Assembly: GCA_964270895.1 (NCBI GenBank)
Contig: OZ185447.1
Source of the DNA: Podarcis filfolensis
Lineage: Eukaryota
Length of the DNA: 64,000 nt
Strand: one strand, 5' to 3'
The notes under the pieces are model-generated. The model was not told the origin of the DNA. It saw only the letters and a program-made list of their open reading frames with translations, and searched no databases. This document shows, piece after piece, positions 32,430-45,480 of this stretch. The translations under genes and the position numbers were made by a program. The stretch's first letter is position 1; every line of letters starts with the position of its first letter.

Positions 32430-32770
32430 CGCTTGGGGAAACTACGCCTCCCAGGATGCCGCGCAGAGCCAGCCCTCTTCCTCACCGCGCCTCGCGCTGC
32501 GTCGGCTGAGTGGGAAAGTGCGCGACAAGCGTGGCGCTCGTCCAGGCTGGCCCTCGCGCGCCTTGCGCCGCCCTCGGCCCGCTTGCTGCCCCTGCTATGG
32601 CGGCAGGGGCTCCCTCGGCTGTTCCTGCCCGCAGCCCCCCTCGGTGGCTCGGAGGCCCTGCTGACGGCTCCGTGTACCTCCTCCTGCCCGTCCCTGCTGG
32701 AAGTGCCCTGGTGCTAACACCAGGTGAGCATGTGGGGGGGGTACGGACGGAGGGTTTGCTCGGAAACCGG
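32430..32770 (+). promoter_or_regulatory. CpG promoter/first exon of the 6-finger ZNF gene with a ZNF143 (SBS)-type element
   Basis: ACTACGCCTCCCAGGATGCCGCGC at 32441-32464 fits the ACTACnnnTCCCAGnATGCnnCGC extended ZNF143 consensus; CpG-rich context. Confidence 0.7.
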
Positions 32771-34589
32771 GGCTAAACCTGACCCAGGGATCTGCCCTAG
32801 AATAGCATTTTTAGCCAGGTCTAAAGTCTGGATCTTGAAATGTCTGCCTATGTGTTAGAAAAAACAAAACAAAATTTTTTCTTCCAGTAGCACCTTAAAG
32901 ACCAACTAAGTTAGTTCTTGGTATGAGCTTTCGTGTGCATGCACACTTCTTCAGATACACTGGAAAAAGAAAGTGTTAGAAAGTGGGAGATGGACTCATG
33001 TTTATTTGTGTGCGTGCAAGGGATAGATGAAACTGCAGCAGTAGGTTTCCTGAGTAACACTGCAAGCATAACCCCATTTACCCGAAAGTAAGCACCACTG
33101 CATTCCATAGGCCTGAATTCTTGGGTAGGCATGGTTAGGAGACTACGTACTGCAAACCCCACGAAAACCCTTAACACTGTTTTTCTCTTCATATGGATGC
33201 AGCCTACATATTTCTTAACCCAGGAGCTTCTTGGTTCTTGTGGTAGATATCACACTGTCTTCCTGTGCATTTTTTCTTCCCAAGATGTTTTTCAGAGGGA
33301 TTCCTCATCTTGCAGCGCTTAACCCAGGGATGGGGAAACCTGTGTCCCGCCAAATGTTATTGGACTCCGATCAGCCCAGCCAACATGGCCAATGGTCAAG
33401 AATAGTGGATGTTGTGGTCCAGTAGCATCTGGCGGGCCAAAAGCTTCTCCATTCCTGCCTTATTCTGCCTCACACTACCTAAGAGTCAGAGAAGAGTCTG
33501 TGCACAAGCAGAACCATGGTGGAGAGTGGGTGCAAAATTCTGCCCGGGTTGACACCTGCCCCCCCCATCCGGCCACTGAATGTGTGTGGATTAGGTTCTG
33601 TTTCAAAACCAAGTGCTTAATTTGGTGATCAAGCCTCTTTTCTGTCTGCAGCAGATGGAGCAAATTCTGCCTGGATTCTGTCTCTCCCTGCAGAGAGCAA
33701 GAACAAAGTGGAAAACCCACAGGAAGGTGGTGCACAGCCACGTCCCATTTCCTCAAGTAGCTCCAGCGGGAGTGGAAATAAGGCGCTACAGAAAGGAGGC
33801 TCTGCGAAAGACCAGCCGACTTTTTGTAAAGGGGACTTGAAGGACCCTATGTGGGCCTTGTGTGGCAAAACAAAATCCTACAAATGCCCCGACTGCGGGA
33901 AAAATTACCGCAGGAGCACAGACCTCTTGAGGCACCAGAGGACCCACACGGGAGAAAGGCCTTATCTGTGCCTGGACTGTGGGAAGAGCTTCAGTCGGAG
34001 TTCAATCCTCCTGGAGCACCAGAGAATCCATACAGGTGAGAAGCCATACAAATGCAGCCACTGTGGGCAAGGATTTAGCCAGAGCTCCAACTGTAAGCAG
34101 CATGAGAGGACTCATGGGAAGGAGAAAAGGAGCGACCCAATACACTGGGGATCAACTTGGCAAAGGACAGAGGTTCAGAGGCGTGGGCCTAAAAGCCTGA
34201 AAAGAATTGATGAAGGTGCAAGAGCTGAGCTTGGACTTGGATCTCAGTCTCCAGGGGGAAGTTCCTCATGGAGCTCAAAGATGGTGATGAAGTATCAGAA
34301 AAGCCATAGGATGGAGAAGCCCTACAGGTGCCCTGAGTGCGGGAAATGCTTTGCACGCAGCACGGATTTCATCCGGCACCACATTACCCACACAGGAGAA
34401 AAGCCCTACACGTGTGTGAAATGTGGCAAGAGTTTTACGCGCAGCTCGGTCCTCATTGAGCACCAGCGAATCCACACGGGAGAGAGGCCCTACAAGTGTC
34501 GGCTGTGCGGAAAGGGCTTCAGTCAGAACTCTAACCGCAACCAGCACGAGACAATCCATCAGGCTAAGAAATCTCCTGACACTTCCTGA
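32597..34589 (+). CDS. C2H2 zinc-finger protein, 6 fingers in two clusters of 3, no KRAB/SCAN seen. Exons 32597-32723 and 33652-34589, about 354 aa.
   Basis: ORF 33708-34589 has six CxxC-12-HxxxH fingers with TGE(K/R)P linkers. The upstream exon (ATG 32597, donor CAG|gtgagc) is phase 1 and joins in frame at the tctgcag|CAG acceptor. The first exon is less certain than the finger exon. Confidence 0.85.
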
Positions 34590-36610
34590 GTGGCAATGGA
34601 ACTTGTTACTGGGGTGTGGGACTCACTAGAATCCACTTGGCTGGGGAGAGGGCCTGAAGCGCAAGTCCAAGCGGGTGCAGATGTCCCAAGGCAAATTTGA
34701 AGCTACTGTTAGAATCCAAATGGAAAGTCCAAGGCTGCAAGTTTATGCCCGCTTACTTGGGGGTAAGCCCCACTGAATTAAATGGGACTTACTTATGAGT
34801 AGACATGGGTATGATTGCAGCACTCAAGTGGTATAGGGGCTTATTTTTATATGAGGTGATTTGCTGCAGAAATCATGAGGAAAACACATGTATCTATGAA
34901 AAACCTTATTATTGACACTGAGAGGAAATAAATTAATTTTGTTACAAATTATAATATTCTTGTTAATTGTTCTGTGCACCCCAAATGTAAATTCCACTAT
35001 GTTCAGTGGAATGAGTGCCAGATTTAGGGTGGTACAGGTGGGTCCCACACAGGGTGCCAAGCCAAGGGGGAGAAAAATTGAGAATATCCATAATTGAGAA
35101 GAATCATTTGGGGGTAGCCATATTACAAAGATTACCAAAATCCACCTCGGTGGAACTTACTTCTTCCATTCAGTAGTAAGTTACACCAGGTAAGTGGGCA
35201 CAGGAGAGCTGCTTGTTAGAAAACCATTATAATTTAAATAAAAGAAAGAATACGGAAAAGGAAATAGTACCAGCAGGTGATCTTTTTCTTTCCCATATAG
35301 TGATCATTACTAATGACTGCTGGTACTTAACTCTATTCTAAAAGATACTGAGAGTGTACAGCCTGATCATATTTCATACAATCTACAGAAAACTGCAAGA
35401 AAGTAGCTTGGGTTTCATCACTTCATGGTGGTTGTTTTTAGATTAGAGTAGTAGAAACATTTGCTTGATTAGTTTGGACAAAACTTGTCTTGCATTATAC
35501 CATTTCCTGGCCAAACACACAATCACTGCAGCATTTTCTTTTCTTTTCCCATCAGTGAATTTGTTCTGTTATATTTGTACCCTCTTTCACTATATATGTC
35601 TTGCTATTTTTTTTCTTATTTTTTTTAACGAAAGCTAAATCTGCTTATCCCATGGTCCTGAAAATAAAAGTGCCTTTGAGGATGTGCATGCCACCCCAAT
35701 CTCTGGGCAGTGTGAAATTACAGGGGTTCCAGGCGTTTCCTTCGGGAATGAGGCACAGTGAGGACTGTGGTGTCTTTATGACATATGGTTTATTTACACA
35801 TATATACGACCAGAGCCTATGATGGAGGGGTGCACAGCATTAAAGCCCCAAGGAGGTCCTGCTTCTCCCACAGCCCACAGCCTTGGATTCCAGCATAAAT
35901 CAGGCCTGGCTCTCGCTCTCTCTGCCCTTGCAGCCTGTAGTTTTTGCCTGCAGCTTCTAGCTCATATCCCTCAACTCTCAACTCTGGCCTTTTGTATTTC
36001 CAAGGAACAGACAGTTGAGGGAGGCAGGCCCACAATTTTTAGCGGGCCATCACCAGGCTGGCCTGGCTATTCCATGCTGGGTCCAGGCATTAGGAGGAGG
36101 TCCAAGCATTCAGACCACCCCCTCTCCTACCAAACTCCTAACACTACAAATATGAGGGTCACATCTGTTGCTCTCCCCACTTTTACCTCTTGCTGTGCCT
36201 ACTTTTTGCCTCTGGCCCTGCCCATCATTGATATGTCGCCCCTACAAGGTTGCCCATGAAGTAATGCCATCAGTCCTCAGACTCATGGAAGTTCCCCACC
36301 CTGGTCTAGGTGGGGATAGGTTCAGATCCCCACCCTCATATGAAGCTGGCTGGGTTACCCTGAGTCAATCACTCAGCCTATTTCAACAGCTCATAGGGCT
36401 GGTGAAGGATAAAATGGGCAGGGGGGTGGGGAGAATCTTCTATGCGTCCAGCCATTCCTGCATCCTCTCCTGCTAAGAGTTCCAGCTTCTATCACAAAGC
36501 GTAAGGTAGTTGCCGCCAACCCCTTTTCTGACGACAGGCTTTTGTGCCATTTTAACAGCAGCACAACAGGTAGAAATCCAGCAGGTGCTATTTTACCTCT
36601 TACTTCAGCC

Positions 36611-36644
<34 letters not shown>

Positions 36645-36749
36645 TGGGGGAAATACACACAATTTCTGTTGTTGAAGAGGGCTGTGTGTTATGCACCTTG
36701 CCCCCCAAGCCCCTTTGTGACTACCCTGCTGGATCTCCCTCCGGGCAGT

Positions 36750-37700
36750 GGAGTGTCCCGCTGTCCTTGCCCTCAGGCAGCGAAATGTCTTGGGCCGACC
36801 TTTGCTCCCAGGCACGTTCCCATGCACTACTCCCGTGTTAACGGTGCACCTTCCGGATTCGAACGGACGAGAGGCGATCGTTACTCTGCACATTCTCGGA
36901 AGCAGCATTCTCTCCCGGCCTCCCCCGTCCCTATTCCACGGCGCGGTTTCTGCAAGAGCTCACTTGCCACGAGGAAACACGTTCCTCCGGGGTGGCCTCT
37001 AGTAGAAGCTCCGGATCAGAGGCTATTTCAAAACCCGAATACTCGTCGCTTGCGGGGCTGGAGAAGGGTGGGAGGGAGGTAGGGAGGAGGACTCCTGGGT
37101 CCACCCCCTACTCGCGTCTGGCAGGAACAGGCGCCGCTGCTGCAGTTGCCACTCTCCCTGTCTTGCAGACCTCTCCACCAATGAGCGAGAACGAGGGAAG
37201 GCAACGTTGGCGAATCTGCGAGGCGCACCGCCCCTCCGCCACCCTCCTCTCGACGTCTAACATTCTCCCCGTCCCCCCCCCGGCCCTCGGAGCTCCCCCT
37301 CCCCACACAGCAGGGTCTCTTCTCGGGGAGGGAAGAGGCGCAAAAGCGCAGCCGGAGCCGACTCCGCCGCCCATCTCGAGGCGCTTGCCAAAGGGCGAGG
37401 AGCCTCCGGATCCCGTTGATCGGCTCTGCTAGCCACCTCTGCACCCTCCTCCGCATCATCATCATCTTCATCATCACCCTCGGCAGCCCCACCATTCCTC
37501 CCCTGCTCCAGAGAGGCCCGGGTGAGTGGGGAGGGGAGCCAGCCTGGGTCGCAGGAAGCAGTCACTCCTTGGCTCAACTTCCTTCCCGGACTTGGTACTG
37601 GCCCCGGGTGGGGAATCCGTCTCCCCTTCCTTACCCAGCCCCTTATCCTGCTGCCAGCTACCCTAACTCTCCATAGGGACGTGGCGGAGAAAAAAGGGTG
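36750..37700 (+). promoter_or_regulatory. CpG island promoter and probable non-coding first exon of ZNF771
   Basis: CpG-rich; ETS CTTCCGG at about 36851; donor CGG|gtgagt at 37522 and a second donor gtaagt at 37863; no ATG-initiated frame crossing the 37522 donor was found. Confidence 0.65.
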
Positions 37701-38386
37701 TCTACCACGTGGGTTGCCAGAAGCAGCTGTTGCTTGGAATAGAGAGAGGTGTGCATCACAACACAACACCCCCCCCTGGATTTCTAAGACGTAATTAGGC
37801 TAAACTTACGGAGCTAGTGATATTAGCGAGCAGACACACGCCAAGACTGAGAGACAAAAGAGGTAAGTTTTAAGAGCTCGAGACTCCTGGGGGTTGCGGG
37901 GAAGGGTGGGTCTTATTTGAGGCCATGGCCTGCACAGGGATCCCTCTGCAGTTGTGATACCTACACATTAGTGCTGTGTGCTTCTGAGCATGTGAAGGGT
38001 GCATAAATAAGCCAGTCGTTCTCTATGAAGACAGCACTTTGCATCAGGGATTAGTGACAGGATTTCCAGACAGACTTGAGTCATACCATGGCCTCATCCA
38101 TCTTCCCATACTATATTCAAACCAAGTGGACTCATCCATGTTCATTGGGGGCTGGGGGCAATAGGAAAATAGATCTAAATATCTCCTGAATCTAAGCTAG
38201 GTGGCTGGCCTCACAGGATAGTTGTGAGTCAAAAAAGCTGCACTGACTTGTAGGGGGTTTGATGGTCTACAAATAAGAGTTGTTTAAAGAGGACTTAATT
38301 TTCTAATAACTATGCTTAGGGTGGAGAGCCTTGGTCACTTACCTTTGTTTCTCCCTCAAAAGCCACTCACTTCCGCACTTAAATTA

Positions 38387-41300
38387 ATGATGGATGAGGA
38401 CAAGGAGGACATGAAAGAAGAGAAGTCAGAGGGGATCCCTATATCTGGCACACCAACCGAGGTCAAAGATGGGGGTGTGGTAAGTAACAGAGGCGCTTTG
38501 ACACTGAATGTTTCCCCAGATGCCTCTGGGTTTAAAAGAAAGACTCCTTTGTGGAAAACAGACCAAACCATCATGTCCGTTTCTGCTCAGACTGATATGG
38601 CTAAAGCAATCTCATGCTGGGTGAACAGCACCATGAGAAGATCTGGTGCCTTAAATATGTAAGGACCTAATTTGGTCACCTAATGGATTTGTTTGTTTGT
38701 GTATGTATTTGTTTTCCCATTCTGTACCTTCAGAAATTGGATGCAGACAGGCCATTGATGAAGAATGCGGGAACATCTCGGGGATCCTCAGAGATACGGC
38801 GGAAAGGGCTGCTGACTAGAGTAAAGAAGGAAAGGGAAAGCGCACAGGAGAGCAAGGTGTGGCTATACAAGATCTCCAGGGACAGACCTATGAGATTTTT
38901 TGGTTCGGAAGGAGGGTGGTGAGGTGGAAGGAAGGGAAAATCAGGACTAGAGGTATGTGTGTCTGTCCTGGGTGTAATTTGCTTCCTACTAAATAATTCT
39001 GGGACAGAAAAGGCCCCATAAAAGACTGAGCCACACACAGATTTGAGGGAATAGGTTGGAAAAACCAGGATTCTGAGATCCAATGGGATGGACCAGGACT
39101 TCTTGGTTTGCAGGGAGTGTTTATTGATTGCCTTTCTATCCCATCCTTCAAGGAGCTCAGGGTGATGAACATGTTCCCTTTGCCCCCTCCCCATTTTATC
39201 CTCACAACAACCTTGTAAGGTCTGTTAGGCCAAGGGGTAGTGACAGCCTAAGAGCATCCAGCAAGTTTCATGGCCATGTGAGAATTGGAGCCCAGGCTTC
39301 CCTGATCCTAGTGTAGCATTCTGACCGCTATGCTATGCTGGCTACTTGTGTTCTGCCCTGTCCAGATTACACAGGGTTGGTTGGTGTATTATTGTGCCTG
39401 ACTTAATAGAAAAACAATATAGTGTAGGGTTATATAGTGTTGGATTAAGGGGTGGGAAGAGCAGGATCAGATATTCAAGCTTGATGCTGATCCGTGACCT
39501 TGGACCAGTCATATTTCATTCTCTCACACACATTCTCTCTCAAGCTAGCCTGTCTCACAGGGTTATTGTGAGGATAATGTGGGTGAGGGCTAGAACAGCT
39601 TATACTGCCTTGAGTTCCTTGGAAAAAATATGGAATAGAAATCTAATGAATAAAAATAACGTAAAATCTGCTCCCAGCTACTTTACCTCTTCTTTCAGCC
39701 TCTGCCACCTTCTCCAAGGAAATGGACACGGCTTGCCACTTCATGCAAAACAGAAAAGGTGGCAACAGCGGAGGAGGAAGAGCCTCCAATTGTGGTGAAG
39801 ATGCTTGAGATCCCAGTGGGTGACAACATGGTGAGTAATGAAAGCAAACCAATGACTAGATCTCAGGGCTACATCTATGCAATGGTACCTCTAGTTACGA
39901 ACTTAATTCATTCCGGAAGTCCGTTCTTAACCTGAAACTGTTCTTAACCTGAAGCACCACTTTAGCTAATGGGGCCTCCTACTGCCGGTGTGCCGCCAGC
40001 ACACGATTTCTGTTCTCATCCTGAGATAAAGTTCTTAACCCAAGGTACTACTTCCAGGTTAGCGGAGTCTGTAACCCGAAGTGTTTATAACCCAAGGTAC
40101 CACTGTATAGCAGAAAAAGGATACACTGTATAAAGTGCTCCTGTTTACATCCGCACCCCTTTCTAACGTATAATATTCTTCATTAGCATTGCCAGCCTTC
40201 CAACCAGCCTTTTTAAAAAGCAGCTTGATTTGGATTTTTATAGAGAAAATATGTCATTCGTCTCCTTACTTAAAGTTTGCCACCGCCACCGTCCTTCAGT
40301 TGATATTAGAACTGAATACAGATTTACAGATTGATAAAGCACTCCAGGCATTGTAGGTCTGTAGGGAATAGTGTTTTTCTAACAACTGTTAGCACCATTA
40401 ACAAACTACAGCTCCCAGGATTCTTTGGGGGAAGGCATCGCTATTTAAAGTGGCATGGTACCACTTTAAATGTATGGTGTGAATGTGGCATAAATAACTT
40501 GCAGAAAACAGTCTTAAAAGGAGGTTGCATAACTTACTTACAAACTGCATAGTTGTCCCAAGGAGGATGATAAACATGACAGATAGGTGACAAATTTCAG
40601 TTCAGCGCCATCTTTGCTACTATACAAGATAATGGGGTTGGCAGAGAGAAGAGAATCCATTAATCAGGAGTTGCCATAGCATGCTGGATAAGATTTTCTT
40701 ATGTACTCTGGAACATAACACACCAGCATGTACACTGAAGTGATTGGCCTGGTTATATTTTGTCCACAACTTGGAAAAGGGAATTTTAGAGGCGTGAATG
40801 TGACTCATCTCTACTCCTGGTAGGTGGAAACCATTTGGGTATCCAAGACTTGGAACATGACAGAAATGGATGTTAAACAGTTTTGCCAGATACAAGCACT
40901 CTTTGTTCCAACTTTTCATCACAGTGATTTTTATCTATATCTATATCCCATGGAAAGTGTTGTCTGCTAATTTCTGAAGAATGAGCCACCGCTAAATGAA
41001 TAAGAGAATCCATTAGAGATAAAAACAAGATCTTGCCTGCAAGAGTATTGTTCTTCAACTTTTAAAGGCAAAATCTGAATTATTTTGCTCTTTTCTCTTA
41101 TTAAGAAACTAAGAATTGGAGAGCTGGAAAGGAACAAAGAGCAGTTGTGGCACACTATGGAATGGGCTACGTACTCACATTGTTGCTTTTTGCTAGTACA
41201 GTGGATAGTGTGAGAAAACTGCCACACAGGAAGCTCAGTGCCCTACCTATAAGCAAAAAACCCACACATTCTGCATGCTGAGTGCTACATATATGGTTAT

Positions 41301-44300
41301 CATTTTCAGTATTCTTCTATAAGTTGCTTTCCTTTGGCAAAAGTCAGCACTGGTGGTGATTTCGATACTTTAAAAATGGCTGTTTGAGTTGGCTGCAGAG
41401 AACCCATCCTGTGAGGAGAAATTGACAAAGTGGTGTCTTCCCTGGCAACCATTTCTTACCTCCTTAGCCTTAGGCATGCACAACATTTGACTTGTTAGCC
41501 GTCTGTGATGACCCTTGGTGACCTCCTGGGACAGTAAAACACAGTAGGGCTGTCCAGGATCATATAGGTCACACTATACTGTTGATGAGATGTACTTGGT
41601 TTAGTGCAGGGGTCACCAGTGCAGCAGCTGCCAGTGTACCCACAGTACCTCCTATGGTGCCCACAAAAGGTCTCAGTAAATATCCCCTCAAAATCCACAG
41701 TGTATGAGACTGTTTGATCTTCCTGCTCAGTACCTCTTTGCATTTGTTCATCCTCTTCTGCACAACCCCATAACAGCCATTTTGTGATGGGCACCAATGG
41801 TACTTCTGCAGGATTCCAAATGTGCTCACTGCCTCCAAAAGGCTGGTAACCTCTGGTTCACGTGGGCTTAAGGCCATCTAGGCCTGTCTCAGCATTTGAG
41901 AACTATTTGACTCTAGAGGGATAAGATACGTGTAAAAATGCTCACTTTTTGCTGTTTTTGCCTTTTCTAGCCAGAGTGTTCATTCTCCCAGAATAGGTTA
42001 ATAATGGAAGATGGCAGTGAGAAAGAACTGATAATTAGAAGAAGAGTGAAGAAGGAAAAAGATGAGGAAGAGAATCTGGAATTTGAAGTGGAGGTGAGGA
42101 GGGTTTCCGCAGGTGGGAAACCAGTGAGTGGAGATGAAGATGGGAAGGTGAGATGTTTTATTTGGGTGAGGGGAAAGAAGGACCAACTTTCAGGGAAAAA
42201 AAGGATTGCTTAACTCAGCCTTTGAAAAACTGGCTCCTCAAATGTTTTAGACTACAGCTCCCATCATCCCTAGCCAGCACAGCTGGTTTGGAATTGTAGT
42301 CCAAAACATGTGGAGGGCACTACGTTTGCAACGGCTAGTGAAATCATTGTCTTGGCCAAACTTGCTCCATCTTGGTTCTACTGCCTTGCAGGACTTGCCA
42401 TCTGAGGAAGAGATGAAGGCTGAGGTGGAGGAGCAGAAGGCTCAAGAATTCGAGCTGCAAAAAGTCACCATCCCGATAGATGGGATTTTGGTGAGTACTG
42501 GGGGTAGCATAGCCGAGGGAATGTCAGGAGAGCTTGGAGGAGAGACTTGTGGTAGATGGAGGTGGGGGGTGAGGTGGTTCTATTGTACTGTTTCCATGAT
42601 CTTTGGGAATGTTGGGTTTCTCCTGTCAGAGACCTGATCTGCACTATACATTTAAAGCAGTATTGTACCACTTTAAACGGTCATGTTTTCCCTCAAAGAA
42701 TCCTGGGAACTGGAATTTGCTATGTGTGCTGAGAGTTCCTAGGAGACCCCTGTTCCCTCACAAAGCTATAAATCTCAGAGCCATTCCCTCTTCCCAAGGA
42801 AATATAGGAATTGTAGCTGTATGATGGGAATATGGGTCTCCTAACAACTCTGGACACCCTTAACAATTTTCAGGATTCTTTGGCAGAAGCCATGCCTGTT
42901 TAAAGTGGTACGATACTGCTTTAAATATATGGCACTGATGGGGCCAGACTGCCAAGGCTGCATCCTGATGTTAGCCTTTTTTTGGTGAGTCTTGGCAGCT
43001 GTATGGCAGGGGGGACAATGATGAAAGAAGTGGTATTTGGCAATTCTTCTGGCATCGTACAGGACAACATCTTACTAATGTTAGGACCTTGTAAGTCACT
43101 GAAACTCAAGAGTGCAATGAAGGAATAGTAAAGAAAAAAATGTCTACATGCTGAATCCAAGATTCACAAAAAAGGCTTGGCGTCAAGATGAAGCCTTAAC
43201 AATATGGCCAGAGAACCAGCAAGGGAAAATTTGGCCACATGCCTCTTTTCTTATCACGCTGCTGTAGCATTGGGGCCACCACTAGTAGGGACCCTCTTTG
43301 TTGTTGTTGTTTAGTCGTGTCTGACTCTTCATGACCCCATGGACCAGAGCACGCCAGGCGCTCCTGTCTTCCACTGCCTCCCGCAGTTTGGTCACACTCA
43401 TGCTGGTAGCTTCGAGAACACTGTCCAACCATCTCATCCTCTGTCGTCCCCTTCTCCTTGTGCCCTCCATCTTTCCCAAGGGACCCTCTTTAGCCTTGTC
43501 TAATCTCCTGCCATCCCCACTTCACTTGCACACAATATACACTCCCTTTACAAGTAGGTCAGGTTATATCATCGGCAGCCTGTTAAGCCAAAAGAGAGGC
43601 TTGCCAAGCATATATTAACTTTGACCTCTGGTTTTGACCAACTCTTAATACACTTTAGTTCCTGCTCTTATCAAAAGATGATTTCTAAAACTATGATACA
43701 GTACAAAGATGGACTCCTTCTTTAAAAAAAGAATGACTTGTTTATGTGGCAGTTTCCAGGCTAGCACGCCTCATATCTGTTCCCAGAGTGCCTTTTTTTA
43801 CAGCAGGCTAAGCTGTCCTAATCATTTCCTCCATTCCTGTAGGTGCCCTCCTCCTCCTCACACCCCAATACCTGTAGCGTTTGTGGCAAGAGTTTTAGCC
43901 GTCGCTCAAACTTGGCCAAGCATCAGATCATCCACACGGGTGAGAAGCCTTACCGCTGCAATGACTGTGGCCGCAGCTTCAACCAGAGCTCAGCCCTCAC
44001 CAAGCACCAGCGGACACACACTGGGGAGCGCCCTTACGTCTGCGGAGACTGTGGCAAGGCCTTCACGGCCAGCTCAAACCTCCTCCAGCACCGCCGTTTT
44101 CACACAGGAGAGCGGCCCTATCGGTGTGAGCTGTGTGGCAAGGCCTTCTCCCAGAGCTCCAACTACAACCTGCACCGCCGCAGCCACACAGGAGTCACGC
44201 CTTATCAGTGCAATGTGTGTGGCAAACGCTTTACCGGGAGCTCCTGCCTTACTCGCCACCAGAGGACCCACACAGGGGAGAAGCCATACCAGTGCCAGGA

Positions 44301-44862
44301 ATGTGGCAAACGCTTTTCTGGCAGCTCCACTCTGGCCAACCACCGGCGCACCCACACAGGTGAGAAGCCTTACGGCTGTGCTGAGTGTGGCAAGAGGTTC
44401 ACCCACCACTCCAACCTAGTGGACCACTGGCGGGTGCACACAGGAGAGAAACCATATGTTTGCACCGAGTGCGGGAAGAGCTTTCGGCTTAGCTCCCACA
44501 TCATTCGCCACCGCCGCACTCATGCCAATGCCCGCGGTGCTAGCCTGGCATATGACATCCTTGGCAGCGTCGATACAGCTGGCAATGACGCCAGCATTAG
44601 TGCCCATCACGTCAGCCTCCTCTATGAAAACGCCAGCAGCACTGACGGTGGCAGCCCTCATGGGTCCGGTCACAATGCCCTGTGTGCCAATAGCAACATC
44701 TCCAATGGCAACAATGATACCGATGGGGAAGAGGGCAGCCGGCTTCTCATCTGCAGCCAGTGTGGTAAAGGTTTCCGCCTGGAGTCCGGCCTTCAAGAAG
44801 ACTCCGTGCTGGGTGAGGGACCCTATACTTGTACTGAGTGTGGCACCAGCTGTTGGACGTAG
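38387..44862 (+). CDS. ZNF771: ZNF771 orthologue, 8 C2H2 fingers plus a degenerate C-terminal finger. Coding exons: 38387-38479, 38734-38856 (weaker donor), 39699-39830, 41971-42093, 42392-42490, 43843-44862.
   Basis: The finger helices [56 protein letters not shown] follow my recalled human ZNF771 order (RRSTLAK, QKSALTK, AASNLRQ, QSSNYAQ, GSSCLAR, QSSALAK, HRSNLAE, LSSHFIR). The penultimate exon [14 protein letters not shown]|VP resembles human YEVVKLKIPMDNKE|VP. All upstream exons are phase 0 with GT-AG sites. Confidence 0.82.
39170..39660. mobile_element. Two divergently oriented CORE/MIR-like SINE fragments. Similar fragments at about 4240-4440, 9570-9890, 36290-36480, 38090-38260 and 55180-55260.
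   Basis: Core gtgaccttgg..cagtca..ctctc..ctcacagggttattgtgaggataa on plus (39430-39660) and the reverse core cattttatcctcacaacaacc at 39190. Confidence 0.6.
39880..40105. mobile_element. Tc1/mariner-type (Tigger/pogo-like) MITE, copy 1
   Basis: Ends caatggtacctc / aaggtaccactg followed by TA; internal ttcttaacctgaa repeats; same family as 59493-59750 in the opposite orientation. Confidence 0.8.
42641..42935. mobile_element. MITE with about 29-bp TIRs; a degenerate relative lies at about 40335-40485
   Basis: atttaaagcagtattgtaccactttaaac (42650-42678) and gtttaaagtggtacgatactgctttaaat (42898-42926) are inverted repeats with one mismatch. Confidence 0.8.
43300..43478 (-). mobile_element. Bov-B (RTE LINE) 3' fragment with a 13-bp target-site duplication
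   Basis: Minus strand encodes [29 protein letters not shown] and ends in (CAA)n; flanked by agggaccctcttt at 43287-43299 and 43479-43491. Confidence 0.92.
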
Positions 44863-45369
44863 CCGGACAGTGGTGTAGCTGAACAGCAAATCTTCCGTAG
44901 CCCTCCAGGATCTCTGGCTGGATCAGAAAGCAAAGCCCGAGTACAGGAGAGAGATTTATCTGTGACTAAATCAATAATGGACCAGAATGGAGAGGTGTAT
45001 TTTGATCTCCATTTTTTAAATGGGTTTGGGGAAATGCTTGTATTGAACTAAGATTGGATCTGCTTCCATAGAATACTATGTTCACCTCCAAAGATCTGTT
45101 CCTGCTCTTGCTGTGAAGGAAAGGAGTAAATAATATTGCAGAGTATGTGCATGTGCACGCGTGTTTGTTTGTGGTGGCAATCTTGATTTCTAGGACAGAA
45201 TGGGTTTCTAGTGCAGGGATGGGTAACCTTTGGCCCTCCAGATGTCACTGAACAGCTCCCATCATCCCTGACCACCGGCTGTGTTGATTGGAGCTGGTGG
45301 GAACTGGAGTCTTAACAACTGGAGGGTCAAAAGTTACCCATTCCTGCTATAGTGCCACAGGATGGCATT

Positions 45370-45480
45370 AGGAAGATACTAAGAACATACAAGGCTTGCT
45401 GGAACAGGCCTGTGACTTATCAAGTCCAGCATCCTGTTCGCACTTGCCTATGGGAAGCCCACAAGCAGGATGTGACCTCA
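45370..45480 (-). mobile_element. CR1-type 3' fragment
   Basis: taagaacatacaagg..gctggaacagg..agtccagcatcctgttc..cctatgggaagccc pattern. Confidence 0.55.

Noticed and set aside
41569-41877. 102-aa minus ORF with a hydrophobic stretch ([22 protein letters not shown]), plus nearby minus-strand splice-like sites at 41525-41460 and 41246-41179
   Set aside because: No homologue recognised; the exons do not join in phase without a 51-nt intron. A BLAST search could reopen it.
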